NCBI GenBank assembly: GCA_038922795.1
Contig: JBCKWI010000005.1
Coordinates: 1 to 54,142 of the forward strand
Reading direction: 5' to 3'
DNA length: 54,142 nt
Source: Gammaproteobacteria bacterium
GTDB taxonomy: Bacteria; Pseudomonadota; Gammaproteobacteria; Eutrophobiales; Eutrophobiaceae
Shown in pieces: positions 9,500 through 20,327 of the stretch. A model generated the notes under the pieces. It had not been told where the DNA came from and did not search any database. It saw nothing but the letters and a program-made list of their open reading frames with translations. The stretch's first letter is position 1, and each line of letters starts with the position of its first letter. The translations under genes and the position numbers were made by a program.

Positions 9500-9720
9500 T
9501 TTTTCCATGCCATCCATGGCGCAAGTTCACAAACTTCGATAACGACCAGCCTTGTCATCCTCTGACAAGGCGCTCATCAGGAAATTTGTTCACTGGACAA
9601 ATTTCTTTGTCCGGTTCGCCCAACTTGGTCACTAAGTTATTCGGTACTTCCATGTACCTCACCCTGCGGGCCAGCGCCGTAAACGACGCTGTTCAATTTC
9701 TGTTCCCTACGAAATTGTCG
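9500..9720 (-). repeat. Hairpin-rich tRNA leader with several GGA-loop stem-loops
   Basis: On the minus strand: GGTAC-ATGGAA-GTACC, CCTTGTC-AGAGGAT-GACAAGG, GCC-ATGGAT-GGC and others. Confidence 0.65.
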
Positions 9721-9737
9721 GCCTTCCAAACCAGAAG

Positions 9738-9773
9738 AGCGCGTATTAAACCGGGCTATTGCCGTTCCGTCAA
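9738..9773 (-). promoter_or_regulatory. sigma70 stable-RNA-type promoter for tRNA-Phe
   Basis: TTGACG-17 nt-TTTAAT followed by GC-rich discriminator ACGCGC. Confidence 0.75.
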
Positions 9774-9781
9774 GTCATCGG

Positions 9782-10054
9782 TTATTCCTTCGGCGGAACA
9801 TACTCACCAGGCTTCTCCGAGCCCTGACCGAAGAAGAACTTCTCCATTTCTTCCTCCAGGAACTTTCTGGCTTTGGGTTCTATCGGGGTCAGGCGGTATT
9901 CGTTGATAAGCATGGTCTGGTGCGCCAGCCACATTTTCCAGGCCTCCTGCGACACATTTTCAAAAATGCGTTTACCGAGTTCGCCGGGGTAGGGAGCATA
10001 TTTCAGCCCCTCTGCCTCTTTATTCAATTTTACACATTGTACGGTCCTGGTCAT
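9782..10054 (-). CDS. yggX: Fe(II)-trafficking/oxidative damage protection protein
   Basis: RTVQCVKL...[14 protein letters not shown]; downstream of mutY. Confidence 0.95.
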   Translation of the reverse strand: MTRTVQCVKLNKEAEGLKYAPYPGELGKRIFENVSQEAWKMWLAHQTMLINEYRLTPIEPKARKFLEEEMEKFFFGQGSEKPGEYVPPKE

Positions 10055-10060
10055 TTTTAG

Positions 10061-11134
10061 TTACTCATCGGTTTTAAGAGTTATATCCTGCAACAGTTTT
10101 TTTACCGGTGTTGCCATCCCCAGATATTCTTTGCCTGATGGCTCATACCAGCGATAACGTTCTGCATCATTTATCCGGCTATTTCGGGCTTTTACCCTGG
10201 CATGAACAGGCATGATATCCAGGTGAAAGTGACTAAAGGTATGTCGTATCAGGGATTTATATTCCAGCTTTTTTATCGAATATCCCCACTGCCGCTTGAT
10301 CCAGGTTTTGATGTCATCCTCAGGCAAACATTCGGGTAACGACCAGAGTCCTCCCCATATCCCGGCAGGCGGACGGTGTTCCAGCAATATCTGGCCCTGA
10401 TGATTCTCCAGAATAGCAAAGACCGTTTTTCGAACCGGTATGGTTTTCCTTGGTTTAGCCTGAGGAAATTCGTGCTGGCGTGATTGTTGGTACGCACAGC
10501 AATCTTTATTCACCGGGCATGCTTCACAACGTGGGTTCCTGCGAGTACACACGGTTGCGCCCAGATCCATCATCGCCTGGGTATAGTCCGCAACGTTTTT
10601 CTCCGGCGTATGTTGCATGGCTAATTCCCACAATCCCTGTTCTACCGTAGACAGGCCCGGCCAGCCCTCGATCCCGTGATACCTCGTCAATACCCGTTTC
10701 ACATTGCCGTCCAATATAGGATGGCGCTGGTTACATGCCAGTGCAAGTATGGCCCCGGCTGTTGACCGGCCTATGCCCGGCAATGACATTAATTGCTCAA
10801 TATGCAAAGGAAAAAGGCCACTGTGATCTTCCATGATTATTCGTGCTGCACGATGCAGGTTCCTGGCACGTGCGTAATAGCCAAGTCCCGTCCAGTAATA
10901 CAGTACTTCATCCAGATCGGCTTCGGCCAGTGATTTGATGTTGGCAAAGCGGTCCATGAAATTATTGAAATACGGAATAACTGTATTGACCTGGGTTTGT
11001 TGTAACATGACCTCGGAGACCCAGACACGGTAGTGGGTAACGTCTTTTTGCCAGGGGAGATCGTGCCGGCCATGCCGGTCAGACCAGTTTAACACCTGTT
11101 CTGAAAAATCAGGTGCCTGACTGATCACTGGCAT
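10061..11134 (-). CDS. mutY: A/G-specific adenine glycosylase
   Basis: VWVSEVMLQQTQV, GLGYYARARNL, DGNVKRV, 4Fe-4S Cys cluster. Confidence 0.97.
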   Translation of the reverse strand: MPVISQAPDFSEQVLNWSDRHGRHDLPWQKDVTHYRVWVSEVMLQQTQVNTVIPYFNNFMDRFANIKSLAEADLDEVLYYWTGLGYYARARNLHRAARIIMEDHSGLFPLHIEQLMSLPGIGRSTAGAILALACNQRHPILDGNVKRVLTRYHGIEGWPGLSTVEQGLWELAMQHTPEKNVADYTQAMMDLGATVCTRRNPRCEACPVNKDCCAYQQSRQHEFPQAKPRKTIPVRKTVFAILENHQGQILLEHRPPAGIWGGLWSLPECLPEDDIKTWIKRQWGYSIKKLEYKSLIRHTFSHFHLDIMPVHARVKARNSRINDAERYRWYEPSGKEYLGMATPVKKLLQDITLKTDE

Positions 11135-11675
11135 ATTGTTCCAATCGATTCAATATCACGGATAATTCCTGCAGTATTTTGTTTTTTATCATCCATGGCC
11201 CGATCAACGGTGGGATCCAGAAAGCGGGTTCCAGTTTTTTCCGTAACATAATACTGGTCTGCCCGGCATCTGCCGGCAATATTTTCCAATTACTGCTCCC
11301 GGAACTGAAATTGCTCAGCGCCGGGTCGACTACTGTTATTACCTCATCTTTTCCATTCTCCTGTGCATCTTCTGTCAACACCGCATCGCGACAGAAAAAC
11401 AGAATGCATGAATGCAACAACAGGCGGTATTTCTTTACCAGATCACTTTGTTTATTGATCACCGCACTTTCAACAATGATATCATTGAGACGGTAAAAAT
11501 GATCATAATCAGTCAGCAAAGTGTATATTTCTGGCTGCCCCGCAGACACCAATGCATCAAATTCCACTGAGTAAACACCTTCGCTGTATTGCACGGAGGC
11601 ATGCCGGATTTCTCCGGCATATACACTATAAATTACACACAACGGCAGTAATGCAACCGCGGCAATTCTGATCAA
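11109..11675 (-). CDS. Exported SRPBCC/START-like protein
   Basis: Signal peptide; LLTDYDH and P.FWIPPLIG patterns. Confidence 0.65.
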   Translation of the reverse strand: MIRIAAVALLPLCVIYSVYAGEIRHASVQYSEGVYSVEFDALVSAGQPEIYTLLTDYDHFYRLNDIIVESAVINKQSDLVKKYRLLLHSCILFFCRDAVLTEDAQENGKDEVITVVDPALSNFSSGSSNWKILPADAGQTSIMLRKKLEPAFWIPPLIGPWMIKNKILQELSVILNRLEQYASDQSGT

Positions 11676-14600
11676 TCAAACAAACCCTTCAGTGCATCCT
11701 CGAGGCCATCCTTTAACTGATCTTCCGTTTTCTTCTTTTTTTTGGTTGCCGGTTGTTCAGTTGTGGCCGCTGGTTGTTCCTGTGTCGCTGGTTGTTCCTG
11801 TGTCGCTGTTGGCTGCACCTGTGTCGCTGTTGGCTGCACCTGTGTTGCTGTTGGTTGCGCCTGTGTCGCTGGTTGCTCAACTGTAGTTTCAGCAGGAGCA
11901 GTAGCGGGGGGCTTGGCTGTCTCGATGCCCAGTGATTTTTCCAGAAATCCTTTCAATTTTTCTTCCCCGCCTTTCTGCAACAGAACCTTGGCGATATCTC
12001 CCACATCAGGTTTACAATCCGGCTTGCTTAACCGGCCACGGCATTTCACTGGTATCTCATAACCACCGAGGTTGTAGCGTTTTTCACCCTTGGTTGCGCT
12101 GGTTTCATCAACATTGACTTTCATGTCATATTTGATGGTTTCATCATTCAGATTTGCCAGGACTCCTTTCCCTGTTAATGTAAAGCCGGTTGCTGTCATT
12201 AACATGTCCTTGTTGTGCACAATTCCCTGGTTGATATCCAGCGTCCCGCTCAGTTGCTCGAATCTGGTTTCTCCTTCCGAGTTTACATTACCAAAACGTT
12301 TACTCTCAATCATGATTTCAACCTGTTCAAGCGTCTTGTTGACATCAACCCCTCGCAATATGCCATCTTTGATACTGAATTTCCCCTTACCCATCATGCT
12401 GCGTTTGATCTGGGTTGCATCATTTCCGCTGGCAGTCAACTGATCAAACGATATGTCCGCGATTCCCACGAGGGGGCTTTCCGGTTGCTGCAGGTAATCC
12501 TTGAGCAAGGGATCCAGCAGTACACCCGTCAATTGTGTATTGATCACAATATTGGGCATTTTACCCCTGGCATCCATGGCAACTGTGCCCTGATATTTAC
12601 CCTGATAGAGTTCGGCAGCGGCGGGCTCCAGACGGATATCCCCATCTCTGGCCTTGATAGCCAGTTTCACGTTTGTCATTTTTGCGTTGGACAGGATCAA
12701 TTGCCCGATGAGCAGTTCACCGTTGAGCCTGAGAGAGCGCAACGTATCCAGCGGTAATTCCGTTGCGGCAGCCCCGGCAGCACTCTCGGGGGTAACCGGC
12801 TTACCCTTGACGGCGGGGGGAAGATACCGATCCGCATTAATCGAATCGATGCCTATTCCAAACTGTATATCCGGCTGGGTAAATTTCGCGATGGACAAAT
12901 TACCTTTCAATTGGGTTTCGTCCAGTTGTAATGTCAAATCCTTCAGGCTCAGACTGTCTGCACTTCCCGTGAAACCCGCCTGTAATGCTACTTTATTAAA
13001 CACATTTTTATCCGCGGTTTCCGGGAGGGTCTGGTTTAACTGTTGCGCAAATTGGCGCAGGTTGAATTCCGCGACTGACAAATCTCCGCTAAACGCTGGC
13101 TTGTCCATTATCTGACTGGCACTAATATTACTCTTGACGTTCAGCCCCAACCCCTGCAGGGACAGATTTTCAATTACCAGGGTCTGTTTATCCAGATTGG
13201 CACGGGTATTGGCGCTAAAGGTCATAGCGACCGGCGAATTCGGGATCTGCTTTCCGGCAAAGGTGGCCTTGACCTGTAATGGGTTGAGGACAAAATCACC
13301 CCCGGTTCCCTTGATCCCGGCATCAACAGAAACTGCCTGCATCACTTCACCTAGTCCGGCCTGACCAAATGCGTTCAGCACCCCGGCCAATTTTTCACCC
13401 TTAAGCAAAAGCTTCCCGTCGATACTGGCATTGTTTGAATTCATGTTCCTGGCATCTAACTGACCATTAACACTGACACCCATAGTCTTTGCTGCCAGAG
13501 TGGGTATATTGATATTTCCCTTGTTCAGATCAGCATCAAAATCAGCGGAGATATCAAACGCCCGGTCCGGCACTTTGGCCAGACGCTGACCGTATTCTCT
13601 GAGTTTCGGTTCCTTGCCGGTTTCAAACTGACCGATCACCTGCATCAAGGCAGGCAGGTCCGGACCGGTTGCTTTAAACTTGCCTTTGGCTGATGGTGTT
13701 TTGGTTTGAATATTGGCAGCATCGATCTCGCCATTGATGGTTGCGCCGAACATCTTTGCATCCAGGCTGGAGATTTTGATATTTCCCTTCTCAAGATCAG
13801 CATCAAGATCAGTCTTGATATCAAACGACCGGTCCTGAAGACCGGCCAGTTGTGTGGCAAGTGGTTCGATACCGGCCAGCTTGAATACCAGGGCAAGATC
13901 ATTACCCTTGGCATCGAGTTTGGCATTGACCACCGGCTTCCCGCTCAGGAAATTACCCGCATTGATATTGCCTGCAACATTCAGCCCCAGTCCCTGTAAT
14001 GTCATGTTGTTAACCGCCAGTGTTTCTTTTTCAAGATTCATTCTGGTCTCTGCATTCAGTGTGACATCCGCCGGTGAGTTCGGGATCTGCTTACCTGCAA
14101 ATGTGGCCTTGACTGACAGGGGGTTCAGTATGATCTCTTTCCCTGCACCACTGATACCAGCATCGATATTAATCACCTGCAAGACTTCACCAAGCGCCTT
14201 CTGATCAAAGGCCGTCAACACAGCGGCGAGTTTTTCTCCGTGCAATGACAATTTGCCCTCCACCTTGCCGGTGCTGGTATTCATGTCTTTCGCGTCCAGT
14301 TGTCCGTTTGCAGTAATGCCGAGCGCCTTGACCGCAAGTGTGGGAACATGAATATTCCCGCCCCCGAGATCCGCATCAAATTCCGCGGAGATATCAAAAG
14401 ATTTTTCAGCCACTTTGGACAAACGCTGGCCATAGTCCTTGAGTTTAGGTTCCTTGCCGGTCTCAAACTGGCCAACAACCTGCATTAATGCAGGCAGATC
14501 CGGGCCGGTTGCCTTTAACATTCCTTTGGCTGAAGGGGTGCTTTGGAGATTACTGACATCCACCTGCCCCTGAATATTGGCGCCCAGTAATTTTGCGTCG

Positions 14601-15637
14601 AGTTGCGATATCTGCACATTCCCTTGCCCCGGATTGGCAGACAGGTTCAGCTTGATATCGACTGAGCGATCATGCAGACGCGCCAGTTCAGCGGCAGATG
14701 CGGGATCGAGAAGACTGAGCAACCGGGTCAGATCATCACTCTTGACAGTGAGTTGCGCACGGGTATCCGGTTGACCGGAACTGACCCGGCTGGCGGTCAG
14801 CACACCCTTGATACTGGTACCCAGTACATCCAGACTCAGGTCATCGATCTGGACCGTGTCATTCTTGAGGTTGGATTCAACAGCGGCCTTGAATACCAGA
14901 TCGGCACTGCCACCGGGAACGTCTTTGCCAGTCAACCTCGCTGTGAGATCGATGGGCTTGAAGGAATATATCCCGGTGTCCAGATTATAGTTCAACACAC
15001 CATCCAGTTTCAGATCACTCTTCACTGCCGGTTTGTTGGCCTCTGCCTTGAGTGCTACCTTAAGATTAACCGGGGCGCCATAGATCAGTTCACCCGTGGT
15101 CACATTAAGATCAGTGATCTTGATCTTCTGATCTGTCGTCATGTCCTGCCAGGTGATCTGTGCATCCTTGACATCGATACCACCCAACACTACTGCTGCA
15201 AACTGCAAGGGGTCCTGTTTTTTGCCGGGTTTGTCGCTGGCAAGGTCATCCCAGTTAGTTATACCCTGTTCATTTTTTGCAAGATTTACATCAAGCCCAT
15301 GCAATCTGAGCGTATCCAGTTCATACTGTTTTTTGAACAAGGGCATGGTCTTGATACGAAATGCCACTATGTCTGCATGGAGAAACGGTTCATCACCAAA
15401 ACCGTTGGCATTGCCCAGCGTGATTCCGCCGGCTTCCAGACCTAACCATGGATAAAAAGTCAGATCGATATCACCGGTGATAGCGAAGGACCGGCCCGTC
15501 GCCTTTTCCACCTTGGAGATAATAAAATCCTTGTGCTGGTTCGGATCAAAATACATCATGGCGCCGGCCATCACTACCATAACGGTGACAATTAATACCA
15601 GGGTCAAACCCAGCAAAAATTTGATAACTTTAACCAT
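11672..15637 (-). CDS. asmA: AsmA family protein, enlarged by internal duplication
   Basis: N-terminal TM, FDPN...ATGR...FYPWLG; asmA-mutY synteny. Confidence 0.88.
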   Translation of the reverse strand: MVKVIKFLLGLTLVLIVTVMVVMAGAMMYFDPNQHKDFIISKVEKATGRSFAITGDIDLTFYPWLGLEAGGITLGNANGFGDEPFLHADIVAFRIKTMPLFKKQYELDTLRLHGLDVNLAKNEQGITNWDDLASDKPGKKQDPLQFAAVVLGGIDVKDAQITWQDMTTDQKIKITDLNVTTGELIYGAPVNLKVALKAEANKPAVKSDLKLDGVLNYNLDTGIYSFKPIDLTARLTGKDVPGGSADLVFKAAVESNLKNDTVQIDDLSLDVLGTSIKGVLTASRVSSGQPDTRAQLTVKSDDLTRLLSLLDPASAAELARLHDRSVDIKLNLSANPGQGNVQISQLDAKLLGANIQGQVDVSNLQSTPSAKGMLKATGPDLPALMQVVGQFETGKEPKLKDYGQRLSKVAEKSFDISAEFDADLGGGNIHVPTLAVKALGITANGQLDAKDMNTSTGKVEGKLSLHGEKLAAVLTAFDQKALGEVLQVINIDAGISGAGKEIILNPLSVKATFAGKQIPNSPADVTLNAETRMNLEKETLAVNNMTLQGLGLNVAGNINAGNFLSGKPVVNAKLDAKGNDLALVFKLAGIEPLATQLAGLQDRSFDIKTDLDADLEKGNIKISSLDAKMFGATINGEIDAANIQTKTPSAKGKFKATGPDLPALMQVIGQFETGKEPKLREYGQRLAKVPDRAFDISADFDADLNKGNINIPTLAAKTMGVSVNGQLDARNMNSNNASIDGKLLLKGEKLAGVLNAFGQAGLGEVMQAVSVDAGIKGTGGDFVLNPLQVKATFAGKQIPNSPVAMTFSANTRANLDKQTLVIENLSLQGLGLNVKSNISASQIMDKPAFSGDLSVAEFNLRQFAQQLNQTLPETADKNVFNKVALQAGFTGSADSLSLKDLTLQLDETQLKGNLSIAKFTQPDIQFGIGIDSINADRYLPPAVKGKPVTPESAAGAAATELPLDTLRSLRLNGELLIGQLILSNAKMTNVKLAIKARDGDIRLEPAAAELYQGKYQGTVAMDARGKMPNIVINTQLTGVLLDPLLKDYLQQPESPLVGIADISFDQLTASGNDATQIKRSMMGKGKFSIKDGILRGVDVNKTLEQVEIMIESKRFGNVNSEGETRFEQLSGTLDINQGIVHNKDMLMTATGFTLTGKGVLANLNDETIKYDMKVNVDETSATKGEKRYNLGGYEIPVKCRGRLSKPDCKPDVGDIAKVLLQKGGEEKLKGFLEKSLGIETAKPPATAPAETTVEQPATQAQPTATQVQPTATQVQPTATQEQPATQEQPAATTEQPATKKKKKTEDQLKDGLEDALKGLFD
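11748..11880 (-). repeat. Coding tandem repeats of 18/21 bp (QPATQE/QPTATQV)
   Basis: Repeated CCTGTGTCGCTG units. Confidence 0.85.
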
Positions 15638-15649
15638 TCACTTGCTTCC

Positions 15650-17068
15650 TCATTTCTTTGTAACTTTATGCAGGCGTTGCCGTCCACGCTTGATGGCCTT
15701 CCTGATTTGGGCCGGTGCAGTACCACCGATATGCGCACGTGAGGCGATTGAGCCTTCCAGGGTTAAACAGGCAAAAACGTCTTTTGCAATTTTTTTACTG
15801 AATTGCTGCAATTCTTTCAGGGTTAATTCAGACAAATCCTTATTCCGGGCAATGGCATACTGCACGGTCTTACCGACAATAGCATGGGCATCCCGGAACG
15901 GGATCTGCTTGCGGACCAGATAGTCCGCCAGATCCGTGGCCGTCGCATAACCGCGTTGGGCCGCCATGCGCATGTTGTCCGCCCTAACCGTGATGGATGG
16001 AATCATGCCGATATAGGCCTGCAAACATCCCTTGACCGTATCAATAGTATCAAACAGAGACAATTTATCTTCCTGGTTATCACGATTATAGGCCAATGGC
16101 TGGGCCTTCATGAGTGTCAACAAGGCCAGCAGATGCCCGTACACGCGCCCCGTTTTGCCACGGACCAGTTCCGGTATATCCGGATTCTTCTTCTGCGGCA
16201 TGATGGATGAACCGGTGCACCATGCATCATCCAGCTCAATGAAGGCAAATTGCTGTGATAACCACAGGATCAGTTCTTCCGAACAGCGGGACAAATGCAT
16301 CATGATCAATGCGGCGCAACTGCAGAATTCAATAGCAAAATCCCGATCGCTCACTGCATCCAGCGAATTTTCAGCAATCGCACTGAAGCCCAGTAATTTT
16401 GCCGTGTATTTCCGATCTATCGGATAACTGGTGCCCGCCAGTGCGCCTGCGCCAAGCGGTAAAACATCAATCCGTTTCCGGCAATCCGCCAGACGCACGC
16501 TGTCCCGGTACATCATCTCGAACCACGCCATGACATGATGACCAAATGTAATCGGCTGAGCCGTCTGTAAATGGGTGAATCCGGGCATGATGGTATCCGC
16601 CTCGCGCTCCGCCAGATCCAGTATCGCCGTCATGAGATCTGCCAGCAGCGTAGAGATCGCATCAACCTCGGCCCGCAGATAAAGACGGGTATCCGTCGCC
16701 ACCTGATCATTACGCGAACGCCCGGTATGTAGTTTCTTGCCCACTTCACCGATACGCACGATCAATGCGGATTCAATATTCATATGCACATCTTCCTGAG
16801 CCGTATCCCACTTGAACCGGCCTTGCTCGATGTCTGACTCAATGGCTTGCAATCCCTTAACAATCTTTTCACCTTCATTTTTCGTCAACACCCGCACATG
16901 CACCAGCATGCGGACGTGAGCAATTGAGCCCATAATGTCATAATGATACAACCGCTGGTCATAGGAGACAGACTGGGTGAATTGCTCGACGAAGGTATGG
17001 GTCGCGACGGAGAACCGGCCACCCCAGAGCTTTTTAGGGGGTTTCTTTTTGCTGGATTTTGACGTCAT
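15650..17068 (-). CDS. argH: Argininosuccinate lyase
   Basis: [23 protein letters not shown]. Confidence 0.98.
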   Translation of the reverse strand: MTSKSSKKKPPKKLWGGRFSVATHTFVEQFTQSVSYDQRLYHYDIMGSIAHVRMLVHVRVLTKNEGEKIVKGLQAIESDIEQGRFKWDTAQEDVHMNIESALIVRIGEVGKKLHTGRSRNDQVATDTRLYLRAEVDAISTLLADLMTAILDLAEREADTIMPGFTHLQTAQPITFGHHVMAWFEMMYRDSVRLADCRKRIDVLPLGAGALAGTSYPIDRKYTAKLLGFSAIAENSLDAVSDRDFAIEFCSCAALIMMHLSRCSEELILWLSQQFAFIELDDAWCTGSSIMPQKKNPDIPELVRGKTGRVYGHLLALLTLMKAQPLAYNRDNQEDKLSLFDTIDTVKGCLQAYIGMIPSITVRADNMRMAAQRGYATATDLADYLVRKQIPFRDAHAIVGKTVQYAIARNKDLSELTLKELQQFSKKIAKDVFACLTLEGSIASRAHIGGTAPAQIRKAIKRGRQRLHKVTKK

Positions 17069-17158
17069 ATCAGATTCATGCTTGACTGTGTCAATATGTG
17101 TAATGGCATCATTATACCGTAAGGGACAAACAAAAAATTTCCTTTTTTGACTATAACC

Positions 17159-18220
17159 ATGAAACCGGAAACTCCCGCCAACAGTTCATTTCTGCCCGAT
17201 TTTTGCGGGGTACGTATGGTATTTGTGGTCGTGTTGATCGGAGAACTATTGGCGCTGGTTCTGACACTGGCCGAAGCCAGTAATATTCAGAATGGCACCT
17301 CTTCTCTGGCGCTGAAATCGCTATTCATCCAGTGGGTCGCACTGTCCAGTGTAGCAGTTTTATGCGTCTCCCGCCCCTGGCTCAATCGTTTGCCGGATTA
17401 TCAGGCTGCTTCAGCCAGTTATTTCCTGATGCTGTTGGTGTCTTTTATTATCGCCGAGATCACCTGGTGGGTATTGCAGAAGTCGCCGGCTGTTGCCGAC
17501 GTGTTGACGCAAACTCATGGTATTTTTTTAATCCGTTGTATGGGGATCAGTGCGATTGTCAGCGCCCTGGCCCTGCGCTATTTCTATGTCCAGCACCAAA
17601 GACACAGGAATATTGAGTCAGAGGCGGCTGCACGCATAGAGGCCCTGCAATCTAGAATCCGGCCGCATTTTCTGTTTAACTGCATGAATACGATTGCCAG
17701 CCTGACCCGCAAGGAACCACGGCTGGCTGAAGAAGCAATAGAAGATCTCTCCGATCTCTTCCGTGTAAGTTTGAAAGACGCCCAATCATTATCAAGACTG
17801 GACGATGAACTTTCTTTATGCAAACGCTACCTGCGTATCGAGACACACCGTCTGGGGGAGAGATTACAGGTGATCTGGGACCTGGATTCTCTACCCGGCA
17901 ACGTGCAACTGCCCGCACTGATTCTGCAACCTTTGATTGAGAACGCTATCTATCACGGCATCGAAACACTTGCTGGTGGCGGCACTATCCGCATCACTGG
18001 CAAAAAAACCGGTAATCACATCACGATAGACATTGATAATCCATTACCGATGGATACTTATCAGGACCATCATGATGGAAATAAACTGGCCCAGGAAAAT
18101 GTACAGCAGCGCATCAATGCCTTTTTCGGTCAACGTGGGAGACTGGAAACCTATATTGCTGATGACCGCTATCACGCAGAAATTACGCTACCCTGCCAAA
18201 ATGAAAATTCTGATCGTTGA
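17159..18220 (+). CDS. algZ: LytS-type sensor kinase AlgZ/FimS
   Basis: [24 protein letters not shown]; divergent from argH. Confidence 0.9.
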   Translation: MKPETPANSSFLPDFCGVRMVFVVVLIGELLALVLTLAEASNIQNGTSSLALKSLFIQWVALSSVAVLCVSRPWLNRLPDYQAASASYFLMLLVSFIIAEITWWVLQKSPAVADVLTQTHGIFLIRCMGISAIVSALALRYFYVQHQRHRNIESEAAARIEALQSRIRPHFLFNCMNTIASLTRKEPRLAEEAIEDLSDLFRVSLKDAQSLSRLDDELSLCKRYLRIETHRLGERLQVIWDLDSLPGNVQLPALILQPLIENAIYHGIETLAGGGTIRITGKKTGNHITIDIDNPLPMDTYQDHHDGNKLAQENVQQRINAFFGQRGRLETYIADDRYHAEITLPCQNENSDR

Positions 18221-18938
18221 TGATGAAAAACTCGCCAGAGAAAGACTGATTAGTCTGATCAATGAACTGGCTACTGATCATGAAATCTCCGAGGCGGAAC
18301 ACGGGCTGGCCGCACTTGATAAAATTTCCAATGAACCACCGGATGTAGTGTTACTTGATATCCGCATGCCGGTCATGGATGGACTGGAAGTTGCGCACCA
18401 CCTCACTTCACTGGAATATGCCCCTGCGGTAATTTTTACCACCGCCTATCAGGATCATGCCCTGCAGGCATTTGAAACACAGGCAGTGGATTATTTACTC
18501 AAACCGATTCGCAAAAACCGCCTCGAACAGGCATTGCAACGTGCCAGGATATTACAACGTGCCCATATCGCGGAAATGCGAAAAACTGATAAAACACTGC
18601 CATCTCGAAGTCATCTCAGTGCAACCATCAACGGTCAACTCAAACTGGTTGTGGTCAAGGATATCCGCTATTTCAAGGCAGAACAGAAATATGTCATTGC
18701 CGGCTGGCCGGGTGGTGAATTATTGCTGGATGAATCACTGATTGCGCTTGAAGAAGAATTCAAGGACTGGTTCGTAAGGATACACCGCAATGCCCTGATC
18801 GCGCGTGAATACATTGATACACTCAGGAAAAATAATGATGGCACCTCGATTGTAACACTTGTGGGCGTGCCTGTTTCCTTGCAAGTCAGCCGCCGTAATC
18901 TGAGTAATTTACGGGGGACATTGAAATCGGGGAAGTAA
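18201..18938 (+). CDS. algR: LytTR response regulator AlgR
   Basis: Starts MKILIVDDE at 18201; RIHRN and VSRR LytTR motifs. Confidence 0.9.
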   Translation: MKILIVDDEKLARERLISLINELATDHEISEAEHGLAALDKISNEPPDVVLLDIRMPVMDGLEVAHHLTSLEYAPAVIFTTAYQDHALQAFETQAVDYLLKPIRKNRLEQALQRARILQRAHIAEMRKTDKTLPSRSHLSATINGQLKLVVVKDIRYFKAEQKYVIAGWPGGELLLDESLIALEEEFKDWFVRIHRNALIAREYIDTLRKNNDGTSIVTLVGVPVSLQVSRRNLSNLRGTLKSGK

Positions 18939-18996
18939 ACCTTCAAAGAGTTTTTTGAAAACGTCATGACCGCGCGAAATAGTTTTCAACAAACTC

Positions 18997-20277
18997 TTAA
19001 CCGGCCATCTCCCTTGCCGCTGCTAACATGGCCAATCTTGCAATCACCCCATAGGCATAAAAACGGTTCGGATGCGCATCCGGGGACATGCTTTTCTCCG
19101 GGGAGATACAGCAATCTTCAAATGCGAGTGGCTCAAAACGCATGCCTGGTGAATTCAGATTTTCATTCACACCCCGGGCCGAATGCACACGATAAAAGCC
19201 CCCAACCACACTATGGCCAATCAGATACACCACCGGCTCTGCAACCGCTGGCGGTTCTCCCCAGGTCTCATGAGTATAAACACCTTCCTGTATCAACACC
19301 TTGGTTACCTTCTGCCCCTCCTTGACCGTCGCCATGCGTGTGCGTTGTTTACGGTTCAGATCACTGATTTCGTCAGGACTTTTCACGGTCATGATACCCA
19401 TGCCGTAAGTCCCGGCATCGGCCTTGACCATCACAAACGGTTCACTTTTGATGTCATATTCATCATATTTCTTCTGAATATTCTCCAGCAGGGCCGTAAC
19501 ATTTCTGGACAAACAAGTCTCACCTTCCCGTTTCATGAAATCAATCTCGCCACAGTTGCGGAACAAGGGATCAATCAACCAGGGGTCGAGATCAATTTGT
19601 TTCGCAAACTCTTCCACAACCATTTTATATTGGCCGAAATGCATGGACTTCAACCGGTTAGACCAGCCCATATTGAGTGGTGGGGCAAGCAGCTGCTGCA
19701 AACCTTCCAGCATGGCAGGACGGCCCGAGGACAGATCATTATTTAATAGTACAAGTTCCGGAATAAAGTCATTAACACCGATACGATCCTGTTCTTTCAC
19801 CAATGGCTCAAGCAGTACACGACGGCCGGAGGCCAGGGTAATCTCCTTTGGCTCCGTTAAATCAGATAACATGGATCCCAGCCTGACTTCAAAACCGGCT
19901 TTTTCGATGATCTCCTGCAAGAGTGCCAGGCTTTCCATATAAAACCGGTTACGGGTATGGTTTTCCGGGATGATTAATATGCGATCGATGCGGGTATTCA
20001 ACCGTTCAATGGCCAACTGTACAGCCTGTATGCACAAGGCTTCAAAGGCAGGATTGAGATTATTAAATCCGGCCGGGAACAGATTGGTATCGACCGGTGC
20101 AATCTTGAAACCGGCATTGCGTATATCAACCGAGGTATAAAAGGGTTCCTGGATATTCCGCCACTGGTTACGAAACCAGGATTCGATATCCGCCAGGTGT
20201 TCCTGCAAATGGCTTTCAACCATAAGCATGGGACCGATCTGGGCGGTAGTGATATGAGGCACGGATTGCGTCGGCAT
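18997..20277 (-). CDS. gshA: Glutamate--cysteine ligase (ATP-grasp-type GshA)
   Basis: SVDIRNAGFKIAPVDTNLFPAGFNNL, KADAGTYGMG, ENLN.PG. Confidence 0.92.
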   Translation of the reverse strand: MPTQSVPHITTAQIGPMLMVESHLQEHLADIESWFRNQWRNIQEPFYTSVDIRNAGFKIAPVDTNLFPAGFNNLNPAFEALCIQAVQLAIERLNTRIDRILIIPENHTRNRFYMESLALLQEIIEKAGFEVRLGSMLSDLTEPKEITLASGRRVLLEPLVKEQDRIGVNDFIPELVLLNNDLSSGRPAMLEGLQQLLAPPLNMGWSNRLKSMHFGQYKMVVEEFAKQIDLDPWLIDPLFRNCGEIDFMKREGETCLSRNVTALLENIQKKYDEYDIKSEPFVMVKADAGTYGMGIMTVKSPDEISDLNRKQRTRMATVKEGQKVTKVLIQEGVYTHETWGEPPAVAEPVVYLIGHSVVGGFYRVHSARGVNENLNSPGMRFEPLAFEDCCISPEKSMSPDAHPNRFYAYGVIARLAMLAAAREMAG

Positions 20278-20327
20278 ATTTTTTATATTTGTGCAGTATT
20301 ATGTGTGTATTCTACAGCAATTTCCCG

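Noticed and set aside
11692-15923. Many plus-strand ORFs overlapping asmA and other core genes
   Set aside because: Antisense shadows of well-supported genes.
18033-18200. Extended AlgR N-terminus
   Set aside because: Overlaps algZ; the receiver domain starts at ATG 18201.
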